This document shows positions 26,970-38,560 of a DNA stretch of 64,000 bases, piece after piece. The position numbers were made by a program, and so were the translations under genes. How positions within the stretch are numbered: the first letter of the stretch is position 1; every line of letters begins with the position of its first letter. A model generated the notes under the pieces. That model was not told the origin of the DNA, did not search any database, and saw only the letters and a list, made by a program, of their open reading frames with translations. The stretch comes from an uncultured Elusimicrobia bacterium (GTDB lineage Bacteria; Elusimicrobiota; Elusimicrobia; 2-01-FULL-59-12): NCBI GenBank assembly GCA_963702895.1, contig OY969767.1, forward strand, positions 2,560,001 to 2,624,000. Reading direction: 5' to 3'.

Positions 26970-27055
26970 CGTCATCCCGGCGGATTGTTAGCCGGGATCC
27001 ATCACGTCTTATCGCATCCAGGATAGACCCCGGCTTACGACATGCCGGGGTGACG
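26970..27055. repeat. GTCATCCCGGCG palindrome, simple form
   Basis: CGTCATCCCGGCGGATTGTTAGCCGGGATCC...GACCCCGGCTTACGACATGCCGGGGTGACG. Confidence 0.9.
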
Positions 27056-27134
27056 TCATAGACAAGTCTCTCATTTTTCGCCCCGCCTCTTCCTTCATCC
27101 TCTCTGGGATAGCATTATTTATATAATGCCGCGC

Positions 27135-28481
<1,347 letters not shown>

Positions 28482-28582
28482 TCCCTTGTACGGCAGCGCA
28501 GACCGAACAGCTCCCATCGCCGCCGCCTGAGCGCAACGGTCACCCCTCACTTGAGCTGATAGGCTTTTTGTACGATTGCCGC

Positions 28583-30088
28583 ATGCCAAAAAATGGAGGA
28601 CTAGTACCCCAAGCGACTCTCCTGCTGCGTTCTGTAATGGCCGTGACCTTGGCACTCGCTCTCGCGCGGCCAGGCCTGGCCGAGGAAGAGGAACTTCGTC
28701 CCACGCCCCCGACCCCTGCTCAGCGCAAGCAGATCAAGAATGAGCACAAGCCGCGCAAAGCGCCCGCCAAACAAATTAAAGACATCGAACGAAAGTTTAA
28801 GCGGGCCATCAAAAACACATCGCCCAATCCCAAGGTCCAGGGGACTGACCTATCACCCATGCCGCCAAGCGCCCCGGAGATGCCCAAGGCCCCCCAAATG
28901 CCACCTCAGCCTTCCAAAACCGAAAGGTTCTTGGGGGCAGCCGCCAAGGTGCTGACCAAGTCGTGGGGGTCTAACATCTTTGTATGGCTGCCCGCCATTT
29001 CGACCGACCCGAACACGGGCCCCACGATGGGGATCATGCCGGTGCTCGTTCTCGCCGATCAGCAGAACCGGACCATTCGTCATTTGCTGGCTCCATCCTA
29101 TACCTACAATTCCCTCTTTGGTCAAACGGGGACTGTCCGCTATTACTGGTATCCGACCGCTTCGAGCCAGCTTTATACCGTCGGCAGTTACTCCGAGCAC
29201 ACGAACCGCGAACTGAAAGCGCGCTACGAGAACCCTGCTCTCATGGACGGGACCGTCTACCTTCGCGCGGAGATGTATAACAATGTCAATGGATCGAAAC
29301 GATTTTTTGGTCTTGGGCCGCAGTCGGTCGAATCAAACGAATCCGGTTATACCGCCAATAATAGTGTGGAGAGTGTCCGCATAGGAGTGAACTTTGCTCG
29401 TTCCTGGCGAGCCACCTTCGGACAGCGCTTCCGGAGAACGGCCACGGAAGACAACATCATCCCAGACATCCCGGATGCGGCGACGCAATTCCCGGGACTC
29501 CCTGGCGTTGGAACGCAAAGAACCTCGGCGCTTGAATTCCGGCTCCTGTGGGACACGCGCGACCTGCCGATCACGCCTTCCCGGGGGAGTTCCGGCGAAC
29601 TCTTTGCGGAGACCACGAGCGGCAATTTAGGGAGTGATTCGGAATTCATCCGCTATGGCCTTGAAGGAAAACATTTATTTGCCTGGAAGAGCCCCAAACA
29701 CCGGACGATTGTGCACAGCCTCTATGAATGGGCCAATGGCCCGGACATCCCGTTTTATGAACTCCCCTCTTTAGGCGGCCGCGAGACGCTGCGCGGCTAC
29801 GGCGAAGGGCGTTTCGTGGACCGTGGACGCTTCGTCTTCAACGTTGAGCATCGCATCACCATGGCGTCCCTGGCTCTGATGGGCATTCAAACCAACTTTG
29901 AGGTGGCGCCCTTCTTCGATATCGGCTCCGTCTTTCCTACGCTGCCGGAAGCCCAGAGCAAGAACTTCCGGCCCGTCTATGGCGGAGCGTTTCGCGCGGC
30001 CGTGAAGCCCAATGTCGTTGGCGATGTCGAGGTCGGCGTCGGCCAGGAAGGCATCGCCGTCTTTGTGGATATCAGTTACCCCTTCTAA
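28583..30088 (+). CDS. Omp85/BamA-TamA family barrel with Pro-rich N-terminus, no clear POTRA
   Basis: LGGRETLRGYGEGRF, C-terminal ISYPF, signal peptide. Confidence 0.82.
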   Translation: MPKNGGLVPQATLLLRSVMAVTLALALARPGLAEEEELRPTPPTPAQRKQIKNEHKPRKAPAKQIKDIERKFKRAIKNTSPNPKVQGTDLSPMPPSAPEMPKAPQMPPQPSKTERFLGAAAKVLTKSWGSNIFVWLPAISTDPNTGPTMGIMPVLVLADQQNRTIRHLLAPSYTYNSLFGQTGTVRYYWYPTASSQLYTVGSYSEHTNRELKARYENPALMDGTVYLRAEMYNNVNGSKRFFGLGPQSVESNESGYTANNSVESVRIGVNFARSWRATFGQRFRRTATEDNIIPDIPDAATQFPGLPGVGTQRTSALEFRLLWDTRDLPITPSRGSSGELFAETTSGNLGSDSEFIRYGLEGKHLFAWKSPKHRTIVHSLYEWANGPDIPFYELPSLGGRETLRGYGEGRFVDRGRFVFNVEHRITMASLALMGIQTNFEVAPFFDIGSVFPTLPEAQSKNFRPVYGGAFRAAVKPNVVGDVEVGVGQEGIAVFVDISYPF

Positions 30089-30144
30089 CCGGGAATTTTC
30101 ACTTGAGTTTATCCTATCCTCTGAGCATCGTGCGCTTTTTAGTC

Positions 30145-30332
30145 CGTCATCCCGGCGGACGCCGTCCCCCTTACGTCCGGGGGACTGTCCCTTCCTATGA
30201 TCTCTAGGGATGGGGACGGGATCCAGAACATCGTCGATGGACTGGACCCCGACTTTCGTCGGGGTGACGTCAACAGAAGATCCCAGGCTAACGTAGGGAT
30301 GTCGGCCCGGCGCGTTGTTGGCTGGGATGACG
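30145..30332 (+). repeat. GTCATCCCGGCG palindrome with the 54-bp nested insert, followed by an extra arm
   Basis: 30145-30269 closely matches 22739-22953 minus its second insert; an additional GGGATGACG arm ends at 30332. Confidence 0.88.
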
Positions 30333-30334
30333 AC

Positions 30335-30991
30335 TTAGCGGGTTGTGCGGGGGATGTTGAGAAGCGAGACCCGATCTGAGGAGACGAGCGGAGAGCGCTG
30401 CCACACAAAGCGGACCGATCCCTCCGGACGTACAGCGCGGTCGATAAAGAGCTCGGCGGTATCAGATTCTGTGCTCCAGCGACGGACAGGGCTCGAGGGC
30501 CGGGCGCTCACGATGGGCTTCTCGACCATCGAAGCTCTCCCGAAGAGCTCCTGGACGGGTCGCCGGAAATCATCCAGCAGGTTCTCATCCGATGCATGGA
30601 CCCGAATGTCCAGGGCCTGAAGGGTCGCACTTTGACGGTTCTCGCTGGGATAAAAAAAGTAATAGCCGTTCCCCTGGCCCGTAATAATTTCGCAGCGATA
30701 GATCCAAGTCTCTTTTTTCTCCGGGCGGTCGCAGTCTGCCATCTCCCGGCCCCCCCATTGCTCAAAGCTCGTCTTGCGAAGGCCGAGGTGCACAAGTCCC
30801 TTGAACTCGACGAGGAGTTCGTTCCGCTGCGAGAGGGAAAGGGGAAGGGCCGGGCTCTGGGATTTTTTGCTGACGTCCAGCGGCGCATAGGAAGCGCCGG
30901 CCGTTGAAAGTTTGGGCTCTGCGGCCCCAGCCAACATCGGCCACATCAGGACGACCAGGGCCAGGAGCCTCCGCGCAAAAGCGTGACGCAT
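30335..30991 (-). CDS. Hypothetical secreted protein
   Basis: Signal peptide MRHAFARRLLALVVLMWPMLAGA; lies directly downstream of the DUF883 gene. Confidence 0.7.
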   Translation of the reverse strand: MRHAFARRLLALVVLMWPMLAGAAEPKLSTAGASYAPLDVSKKSQSPALPLSLSQRNELLVEFKGLVHLGLRKTSFEQWGGREMADCDRPEKKETWIYRCEIITGQGNGYYFFYPSENRQSATLQALDIRVHASDENLLDDFRRPVQELFGRASMVEKPIVSARPSSPVRRWSTESDTAELFIDRAVRPEGSVRFVWQRSPLVSSDRVSLLNIPRTTR

Positions 30992-30999
30992 GGGGAAAA

Positions 31000-31332
31000 T
31001 TAGTCTCGGTCCCTTGAAAGGAGCGCTCCGATAATGACCCCCACCAGAAGCGTCAGGCCCATCGCGCGCGCGGGATGCTTCTTCACGGCCTTCTGGGCGT
31101 CCTCCCAGAGCTCTTCGCCCTGGTCGCGCAGATCATCCACCGCATTCAAGCCACTCGCGCGGGCTTCGTCCCATACCTGACGGCCTCTTTTTCGCGCAGC
31201 CTCCAGGACATCCTCGCCTTTTTCTTTGGCCAGTTCCGCCGCTTTGGCCATTTCGCGACGTCCTTGTTCCAGAAGTTCCTGGGCTTTTTCCATCGTGACT
31301 TTCCAGTCATCGTGACCATTTGATTCACGCAT
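31000..31332 (-). CDS. DUF883/ElaB-YqjD family protein
   Basis: Charged helical body, VKKHP...GVIIGALL C-terminal TM helix; SD GGAGG. Confidence 0.85.
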   Translation of the reverse strand: MRESNGHDDWKVTMEKAQELLEQGRREMAKAAELAKEKGEDVLEAARKRGRQVWDEARASGLNAVDDLRDQGEELWEDAQKAVKKHPARAMGLTLLVGVIIGALLSRDRD

Positions 31333-31494
31333 TGAATTCCTCCAGCGAGTCTGTTGTCGTGTGCGGCTTCAATTGTATGTCAGTATTTCGTCTGAAAGTC
31401 AATGATATTTAGAGAGGCCGAAAGGTCCCACGAAGGGAAAGTCCACACATGGGATTATCGACGAATTTTCGCATGAATTTGATATTCTTCCACC

Positions 31495-32811
31495 ATGCGA
31501 CTTGGGCTCGTTTTGCTCGCCATCTCCGCTCGGATCATCGGGCCCCTCCCCTGTGGGGCCAGTATTCTTCCGTCAGCCGATCAGACGGCGACCTTTGTAG
31601 TCCCTGGCCAGGAAGGGATGCACCGGGAACTCATCCCCGCCCACATCGCCATCGTCCATTGCTCCTACGAATTGGAGGTCGTGGCCCCTGGCACAACGTT
31701 TGGCTTTGATATTGTAGGGTCCGGCTTTACGGAAGCGTTCTACAAGATTATTTCGGTCGACGCGAATGCTCTTGATATCACGATCAAGAACCTGCGCCTT
31801 GTTACGGCGAATCAAATCCACGGCCAGATCGAGGTCGGGACCGAAGCCACAACACAATATATCCGACCCCTCGTGATCATCCGGGGCCTGCCGGTCTTCC
31901 GAGCGCCGGAACCTTTTGGGGTCGTCCGTTTTGGCGAAGTGCTGGATATCGAACTTGCTTCCATCAACGATTCGGGTCAATGGGGGCGATTCCGCGTCAC
32001 GACCAACCTCGATCAAGAACTGTTCAGAAAGTTCCGCCTCGAGCCGACCCATGCGTCTCTTGAAATCTCCGGGCTTAAGCCAGCGTATCCCTTTTTCATC
32101 AACGGTGTCGTCACGATTGGCGAGGGGCTCCGGCATGGCCAATACGGCATCATCGCCTATTCGGGCAAACGGGAGATTTTCCGACAGGTCCCGCTCGTGG
32201 ATGTGGTCAAGCCCACGGTCGGCAGGACGGGAACCATTCATAAAGTCGAGGCTCCCGAGAAAGCCCACCGACCGGGCGATGCTCTCGATCTGCTCATCGC
32301 GGGGAGTGCCTATGCCCCCGACGTGGCGTCTCTATTGACGCTTCGTATCTCCCCTTTCGCTATGGGGGACGCCAAGATCACCTATGTGTCCGCCGGGCTC
32401 TTGCAGGCGTCGCTGAGGATCCCTTCTGAGGCGCCGGTCGGCATTTATGATGTGAGTGTTTTAGCCCAGGGCAAGCTCTTGCATGAGCAGCGCAGTGTCT
32501 TTGGGATTGTTCCACCCAACTGGCTGGGCGCAGTCAAATCGGTCGGTGCGCTGATGGCGGGCCAAACCGGACAAATCACCATTCTCGGGAGGGATATCAC
32601 CGAGGATTACGCTGCGCGGCTGCGGCTGGGCGCGGACACCGAAGGTTTAACGATCTCGAACCTGCGCAGGCAAAGCCCTACGGCGCTGATCGCTGACATC
32701 CGTGTGGCCCCGGATGTCGCTCCCGGAGACTACATCATTCATGTCTTGGAGGGTGATCGTGAGCTCAAGATCCCGCGTGGGAACATCGTCAAGGTGACAG
32801 GCTCCCCCTGA
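31495..32811 (+). CDS. Secreted protein with repeated Ig-like domains
   Basis: Signal peptide; repeated IxGxxF...(A/V)PxGxY(D/I)V segments. Confidence 0.7.
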   Translation: MRLGLVLLAISARIIGPLPCGASILPSADQTATFVVPGQEGMHRELIPAHIAIVHCSYELEVVAPGTTFGFDIVGSGFTEAFYKIISVDANALDITIKNLRLVTANQIHGQIEVGTEATTQYIRPLVIIRGLPVFRAPEPFGVVRFGEVLDIELASINDSGQWGRFRVTTNLDQELFRKFRLEPTHASLEISGLKPAYPFFINGVVTIGEGLRHGQYGIIAYSGKREIFRQVPLVDVVKPTVGRTGTIHKVEAPEKAHRPGDALDLLIAGSAYAPDVASLLTLRISPFAMGDAKITYVSAGLLQASLRIPSEAPVGIYDVSVLAQGKLLHEQRSVFGIVPPNWLGAVKSVGALMAGQTGQITILGRDITEDYAARLRLGADTEGLTISNLRRQSPTALIADIRVAPDVAPGDYIIHVLEGDRELKIPRGNIVKVTGSP

Positions 32812-33214
32812 AGGCTCCGAACCGCGTGAGCGGCCAGAAGCGGCGCGTGAGAACACCCACGATTTCGGCGCGGGGGACGGGACCCCACCGCCGACTGTCC
32901 AGACTGTCATCGCGAGCGTCCCCCAGAACGCAATAGACGCCTTCTCCCAAAGTCCAATCGTAATCAGGCATGGGTTGAAGGTATGTCGCGGCCTCAATAT
33001 AAGGTTCATCAACGTGCTTCCCATCGACCAGAACCCTGCCAGCCCGAAGCGCGACGTGTTCGCAGGGCAGGCCGAGCACGCGCTTCACAGATAGACCCGA
33101 CTTCTTGATGAGGACGATTTCCCCGCGTCGCAAGGGCGCGCGCTGGAGGGCCCAGAACACATCTCCGGGCTTGAGGGCGGGCAACATGCTTCGTCCGCGA
33201 ACGCGGACGAGCAT
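32789..33214 (-). CDS. sodX: S26 peptidase, putative Ni-SOD maturation protease
   Basis: GRSMLPAL, VKRV, LGDARDDSLDSRRWG; immediately downstream of sodN. Confidence 0.85.
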   Translation of the reverse strand: MLVRVRGRSMLPALKPGDVFWALQRAPLRRGEIVLIKKSGLSVKRVLGLPCEHVALRAGRVLVDGKHVDEPYIEAATYLQPMPDYDWTLGEGVYCVLGDARDDSLDSRRWGPVPRAEIVGVLTRRFWPLTRFGAFRGSLSP

Positions 33215-33217
33215 GGA

Positions 33218-33667
33218 TTACTTCTTGGCCGCGGCGACGGCCTTGTGGAACATGTCCGCGATGCGTGCGACGGCGATTTGGAGCTCTTCGGCTTTGGCCA
33301 GGTCGACGTTTTGCTTGCAGTAGGACAGGAGCTTGGCCGTGTTCCAGAAAGTGTTGTGCAGCTCAGGGAACATCTCGAGATGTTGCGGTTTAAAAAAGTC
33401 TGTCCAGAGAATGAGGATCTCGGTTTTGCAGAGGCGTGCGTGCTCTTCCTTCACCTGCACCATGCGCGTGACCGTATTTTCGTAGGCACGCTGCTCTTCT
33501 GGTTTCGCGCTGGCGGCAGGCACAGGCAAATCCATGATCTTTTTGGTCAAGGAAAGGACCGTCTTGGCCGCGATTTGCGCGGAAGCCGGGTCATACACAC
33601 CACAAGGGACGTCACAATGCGCATCAACCGTCTCTACGGTGAACCAACGGGCCATGTGCTTGAGCAT
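33218..33667 (-). CDS. sodN: Nickel superoxide dismutase
   Basis: Propeptide then Ni-hook HCDVPCGVYDP; ILWTDFFKP; SD AAGGAG; TATAAT at 33701-33706. Confidence 0.96.
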   Translation of the reverse strand: MLKHMARWFTVETVDAHCDVPCGVYDPASAQIAAKTVLSLTKKIMDLPVPAASAKPEEQRAYENTVTRMVQVKEEHARLCKTEILILWTDFFKPQHLEMFPELHNTFWNTAKLLSYCKQNVDLAKAEELQIAVARIADMFHKAVAAAKK

Positions 33668-33886
33668 AAAGGTCTCCTTTTTCTTGGTTTTGACGAACTC
33701 ATTATATACCGGTTTTGGGTGTGCTTTTAGCGCCATCGGCCGGATTTTCAAGGCCAGCGGGCAAACGTCTTTTTCGTCAGAGATGATGGCCCTGCAAATT
33801 CATCCAAGTTCACATCTCTTAACTTCCCGTGACCTCGCGTAAACGGCATTGCATTCGGCGGCTGGGCAAGCTATCTAGAGAGTGCT

Positions 33887-34375
33887 ATGTGGAAGCTCTG
33901 GGTTCTTGTTGCGGTGATCTCCTTCCTTGGCGCCCCTTCGCAAGCCGCCAGAGACGCGTCCTGTGGAACGAACCAAACCAAAGTGATCGAGGCCCGAGCG
34001 CAGTGCGTCGACAAGGGAGGTATTAGCATTGGCGCCGAGAGTGAAGGGGACCCCCGATTGGCCTGCCTGGAAAGCAAAACCGTTCAGAGCCGATGCGGCC
34101 AGGATGGGAGCCTCGCTCGCTTGCGGGCGTTCCAGCGCTGGCTGAAGCAGGTGAAAGAGTTTGAGGCGTTATGCTCCTCCGGTGGAGGATCTTTTTCCTA
34201 TGAGGATCCTCATTTCGTTGAGCCTTCCAATGAATCCTATTGCCGCCAGGCTGTGCCAAGAGCGAGTTCCAACATGTTCGAAGAAACCTTGTGTAATTTC
34301 GAAAGCGCCTGCCCGCCGGTCAAAGTCTCTTGTGAGCACGCTTGTTCGGAAACACCCGTCGCTTCTTTATTCTAA
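33887..34375 (+). CDS. Cys-rich secreted protein (10 Cys)
   Basis: Signal peptide MWKLWVLVAVISFLGAPSQA. Confidence 0.7.
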   Translation: MWKLWVLVAVISFLGAPSQAARDASCGTNQTKVIEARAQCVDKGGISIGAESEGDPRLACLESKTVQSRCGQDGSLARLRAFQRWLKQVKEFEALCSSGGGSFSYEDPHFVEPSNESYCRQAVPRASSNMFEETLCNFESACPPVKVSCEHACSETPVASLF

Positions 34376-35646
34376 GGAATGCGGGAAGAGGAAGCTTTGA
34401 TGGGGTGGGGGCTTGCCGCCGTCAGCTCTTGGGCAATGAAGGACGCTCCGATGACTTGTTTGGTCGAGTCCAGGATGGGGGCCACGCGAACAAAAGCTCG
34501 TACGGAGCGCCCATTTTTGGCCTGATGGACGGTCTCAAAAGGCATGATGCGCTCACCCTTGCGTAAGCGCATGAGATTGAGAATCATCTCGGTTTTGCCA
34601 ACTCCATCGGTTAGGATTTCGATGGGACTCCCCTTCACTTCTTCTGCCGAATAACCGTAGAGCCTTTGCGCGCCTTTGTTCCAGCTCAGAATTTTACCCT
34701 CTAAATTATGGCTGATGATCGCATCCCCTGAGGATTCGACGAGAGCGGCGAGGTGATAGACAAGATTTTCTGAGCGCGCAAGCACTTGGATGAGCCGCCC
34801 CACGGCCTGGGAGAGTCGCCCCACCTCATCCGATGCCCAATGATCTGGAACGCGCGAGAGATCCCCCGTTGAGGCGGCCTCAACAGACTGCAAGATGTCC
34901 ACCAGCGGCTTGGCAATCTCCGTGCGGGTTCGCACATGCGCCATGAAGGCGAGCCCCCCCGCCCCAAACAACAGGAAGGTCATCAGGATGGGATACAGGA
35001 TGGCCCTCGGCGACGCTTCGGTGACTTGTTGACCGGCCCCCAGCGCTTTTTCCAAGGACTCTTTCCTGCTCACAAAGCGCTCATACGCTTGCTGAGCTTG
35101 ACTTTCGGCCCGCTGAACCGTGCTCGCCTGCTGCTTGTACTCCTCGATTTGCGCGCGCGGCAGATCGATTTTGCGGCGGGAGCGCTGCACCAGAAGTTCC
35201 AACGAAGCGTCCAGCGTCTGTGTTGCCATGGCCAGAGATTTCCTTGCCAGGGTGGTCTCGAGCTCTGCCTCGAGCAAATTGACAGAGGCGTCTCGCAAAG
35301 ACTGATGGGCCAGTTGGAGATTGGCCGCCGCTTCCTTATTGCCATCCTGGGTGAGCTGGGCGCTCAGCTTAGCAACGAGTTCGCTCACCTGCTTGCCTTC
35401 GTCCTTGACCCGTTCCAGCGATTTGGCGTCATGGGTCTGCCGGTAAGAACACAGCGCGGCATAGATTCCCTGAATGTGCATTTTGGCGTCCAGAAGGGTG
35501 TCCGGCGCCGCAGGCGAGGGATTCACGGAAGAGCGGAACGCAAGCCAAAAGAGGACCCCGATCGCTGAAAACAGAGTGCCGGCAAAACACAGGGACCAGC
35601 GGGACTTGCTCAGAATAGAGCGCGATTGATGGAGTGGTTTTCTCAC
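34372..35646 (-). CDS. Membrane sensor with HAMP and PAS domains, no output domain
   Basis: Two TM helices, DEVGRL HAMP, LAALVESSGDAII...WNKGAQRLYGYSAEEVKG PAS. Confidence 0.85.
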   Translation of the reverse strand: MRKPLHQSRSILSKSRWSLCFAGTLFSAIGVLFWLAFRSSVNPSPAAPDTLLDAKMHIQGIYAALCSYRQTHDAKSLERVKDEGKQVSELVAKLSAQLTQDGNKEAAANLQLAHQSLRDASVNLLEAELETTLARKSLAMATQTLDASLELLVQRSRRKIDLPRAQIEEYKQQASTVQRAESQAQQAYERFVSRKESLEKALGAGQQVTEASPRAILYPILMTFLLFGAGGLAFMAHVRTRTEIAKPLVDILQSVEAASTGDLSRVPDHWASDEVGRLSQAVGRLIQVLARSENLVYHLAALVESSGDAIISHNLEGKILSWNKGAQRLYGYSAEEVKGSPIEILTDGVGKTEMILNLMRLRKGERIMPFETVHQAKNGRSVRAFVRVAPILDSTKQVIGASFIAQELTAASPHPIKASSSRIP

Positions 35647-35748
35647 GCCCTATACCTAACAAGCTCAAAGAGTCGGTTCAACAATTATTTACATGGGAGA
35701 CGCTATGCGAATATTCGTGTCGATAAATAGATGCTATTGTGACGTAAA

Positions 35749-36105
35749 TTATTGGTCAAGCAATTCGTTAATTATGCGGACGAGCTGGGGTGGGTCTACG
35801 GGCTTGGTGAGAACGCGGTTTACGGATGCCTCGCAGGGCGGTATATCATGACTTTGCTGGCCGGTCAGCAGGATGACTTTTAACTTTGGACAGAGGCGCC
35901 GTAACTCGAATGCCAGCTGATTGCCTTGGGTGTCGGGCAGGCTGTAATCCAGAATGGCCAAATCCACGGACTTCCGGCCAATCTGTTCTTTGGCCGAGGC
36001 GGCCGAATCGGCCTTCGTGATCAGAAAACCCGCATCCTCCAGCACGTCCGCGGCGGTTTCGAGGATGTTCGGGTCATCATCGACAAGGAGGACCGAGATC
36101 GCCAC
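35749..36105 (-). CDS. Stand-alone response regulator receiver
   Basis: VLLVDDD, ILDYSLP, LLTG, TKPVD; GTG start at 36105. Confidence 0.88.
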   Translation of the reverse strand: MAISVLLVDDDPNILETAADVLEDAGFLITKADSAASAKEQIGRKSVDLAILDYSLPDTQGNQLAFELRRLCPKLKVILLTGQQSHDIPPCEASVNRVLTKPVDPPQLVRIINELLDQ

Positions 36106-36109
36106 CGGT

Positions 36110-37522
36110 TTATTTCCGATTCTTCTTTGCGGGGGCTCGAATGGCCCGCAGTGCGACATCCGCGCCAGGCACTTTTTCTTCCCGGGCGCGCTGGAGCGCG
36201 GGGATGGCGGGGCGCGCCCGGGTCCCCAGGTGCATCAGGACGTGGGCCGCGCGACTGCGAACGTCGATGTCTTTGTCTTGCTGGACCAGATGCATCATCG
36301 AATAGACTACGGCTTCGTCGAAAAGACCGACCAGCCCTAAAACATTCTCCGCGCAGAGGGCCGTGTCATCATCGCGCCTTAAATCGCCTATTAAGAGGGC
36401 GGTGGAGACGCGGTCCCACGCGCCTGATTCAATAAGGGTTCCGGCGGCCCGGCAGCGCACGCCCGGATCGACGTCCCTTTGTGCGCGAGCGACCTTCAGC
36501 AGAATCTCTGGCGAGCTCTGCCCGCTTCGTCGGAGCGCTTCGAGGCCCAATCGACGAACCTGGGGCTCCTGATCGCGCATCATCCTTAAAATCAAGGGAA
36601 GAGACTTACGTCCGTGCGAGACATTTTTCCTGAGGGTCTTTGCCGCTTCCAGACGCACAGCGGGCAGGCTGGCATGAAGCGCACCGCCTAAGACGGTTTC
36701 AGGGTTTGCTTCTGGTGTTTGGGGGAGCTCCAACGCTTTCGCAAGGGAGTCGCGCGTGTTGTGATCGGGATCGCGGCTTAGCGCCGTCAAGACAGCCTGG
36801 ATGGTCTCGGGCGTTCGGACGCCGGAGAGCGCGAGCACATGGGCCGCTTTACGCCGGACTTCGACAGACCCGCTCTCGAGAAGTTCGATCACCGCGGGAT
36901 GAACGCTCGGGACCCCTGAAGCAAGCGAAGCCAGGGCTTCCTCAAAGCAACCCGGCGTAACGTCCTGCTGCTTAAGATACCCCAACAGAAGAGGCACCGC
37001 CTCCTTCGCGACGGGCCCCATTTTCCCTATGGAGATGGCGGATTCGCAGCGAACCGTTTCGCGCGGGTCTTGAAGAGACCGTAAAAGAGAGGGGAGCTGC
37101 TGCGCGTCGGGCGCGCCAATTTCCGAGAGGGCTACGCGCGCGGCCTGCGCCACGTCCTTTTCTTTAGCGCTGACGCACTGAAGAAGAAATGGAATCGCTT
37201 GCTGGGCGGAAGGGCCGATGAGGGCGAGCGAAATGGCCGCCCATTTCTTCTCAAAGGCATTGTCTTGCTGCAAGGCGGGGATGAGCTTGCTGGCGACACT
37301 CCTTTTCCGGTCCGCGTCGAGCCCGAGGAGCTCCTGCTGGGCCCGTTTCCGAATGGGCTCATTCTGGGACACGAGCCTCTGCTCAATGGGGACGGTGCTG
37401 CGGAAGAGATAGTCATTGCCAGCGATAATCCAGACGAGAGCAACCAGGACACCGAGCTGCAGCAAGGCAAATCCGATAAAACGCTTGGTAATGAGACGAG
37501 ACGAAGAAGCGAGAGGGCTCAA
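36110..37522 (-). CDS. HEAT-repeat protein with N-terminal TM helix
   Basis: Repeated VRxxAAxxL(G) and AIP.L motifs. Confidence 0.85.
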   Translation of the reverse strand: MSPLASSSRLITKRFIGFALLQLGVLVALVWIIAGNDYLFRSTVPIEQRLVSQNEPIRKRAQQELLGLDADRKRSVASKLIPALQQDNAFEKKWAAISLALIGPSAQQAIPFLLQCVSAKEKDVAQAARVALSEIGAPDAQQLPSLLRSLQDPRETVRCESAISIGKMGPVAKEAVPLLLGYLKQQDVTPGCFEEALASLASGVPSVHPAVIELLESGSVEVRRKAAHVLALSGVRTPETIQAVLTALSRDPDHNTRDSLAKALELPQTPEANPETVLGGALHASLPAVRLEAAKTLRKNVSHGRKSLPLILRMMRDQEPQVRRLGLEALRRSGQSSPEILLKVARAQRDVDPGVRCRAAGTLIESGAWDRVSTALLIGDLRRDDDTALCAENVLGLVGLFDEAVVYSMMHLVQQDKDIDVRSRAAHVLMHLGTRARPAIPALQRAREEKVPGADVALRAIRAPAKKNRK

Positions 37523-37525
37523 GGG

Positions 37526-38122
37526 CTATTCGGGTCTTGCGGCTTTGGATACGCGTTCGATTTGTGCAGCGTAGAGCTCCTTGCCCACATAGCGAACGAT
37601 GAGCTCATCGTTGTAGCCCAGCTCATCGATGCCGATCGCTTTCCCATTGTCAACGATCAGACTGCTGGGATCGTAAGTGAGTTCGATATTGAAGCCGCCC
37701 TCGACCACCAGGCGGAGGGTTCTTGGATCATAACTTTTTGAGAGAAGTTTTCCTCGCACCTCATTGAGTCTCAAGCGCTGCGTCATGGGCGTTAAAACGC
37801 CCGTCTTAGGGGCTGGCTTAGGGGTCGCTTTCGCGGGTTGTTCCGCCGGGGAAACGGGCGGCGCGGTTTCTTGGTGCGGGATTGGATCCACTTCCTTTGT
37901 GGTGGTCGTCGATGCTTCTATTTCGGGCTCTTCGATGGGCTTGTCTGTCTTGGCGGACGGTGCCCAGCGGTCAGCGTCTGCGGAAGCGTCGCGTGCTGCG
38001 GCTTTGTCCACCTCCCGCGTGGAGTCCTCGACCTCCGGCGGTTTCTTTTCGAGAGCGGATGCCGCAAGAGCCGCCCAAGGGCTCAGCAAGAGGCCCCCCA
38101 TGATCAACCAGATTTTTTTCAT
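37526..38122 (-). CDS. Hypothetical secreted protein with low-complexity linker and small beta domain
   Basis: Signal peptide MKKIWLIMGGLLLSPWAALA. Confidence 0.72.
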   Translation of the reverse strand: MKKIWLIMGGLLLSPWAALAASALEKKPPEVEDSTREVDKAAARDASADADRWAPSAKTDKPIEEPEIEASTTTTKEVDPIPHQETAPPVSPAEQPAKATPKPAPKTGVLTPMTQRLRLNEVRGKLLSKSYDPRTLRLVVEGGFNIELTYDPSSLIVDNGKAIGIDELGYNDELIVRYVGKELYAAQIERVSKAARPE

Positions 38123-38164
38123 ATTAAGACGTCTTAGGCTTCTTATCAGAAACCTCTCTTTTTA

Positions 38165-38560
38165 TCAAGTATTTCTTGATTCCCGGCGCCTTAGAATGGC
38201 GGCGATGCGGGCTGCGAGTTCCTGTGGATCAAAGGGTTTCACGAGATAATCATCGGCTCCTGCGGAGAGAACTTCCACTTTTTCCCTCGGTTGACCTTTG
38301 GCGGTGAGAAAGAGAAACGGCACGTCGTTCTGCTCCGCCCGAAGGCGGCGGCAAAACGTCAATCCATCAACGCGCGGCATGACCACATCGCAAACGATGA
38401 TATGGGGCTGAAAATCCGCGATCGCTTCATGGGCCGCCTGACCATCGCAAGCGGTTTTCACGTTGTATCCCTGGCGCTCCAGACGTAACGTGAGAAGCTC
38501 CACGATCATGGGGTCATCGTCGACGAGCAGCAGCCGCCATGGCGAAGCGCCCGGAGGCAT
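38165..38560 (-). CDS. Response regulator receiver (OmpR-type receiver without DNA-binding domain)
   Basis: LLVDDD, DVVMPRVDG, LTAK, GADDYLVKPF. Confidence 0.9.
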   Translation of the reverse strand: MPPGASPWRLLLVDDDPMIVELLTLRLERQGYNVKTACDGQAAHEAIADFQPHIIVCDVVMPRVDGLTFCRRLRAEQNDVPFLFLTAKGQPREKVEVLSAGADDYLVKPFDPQELAARIAAILRRRESRNT

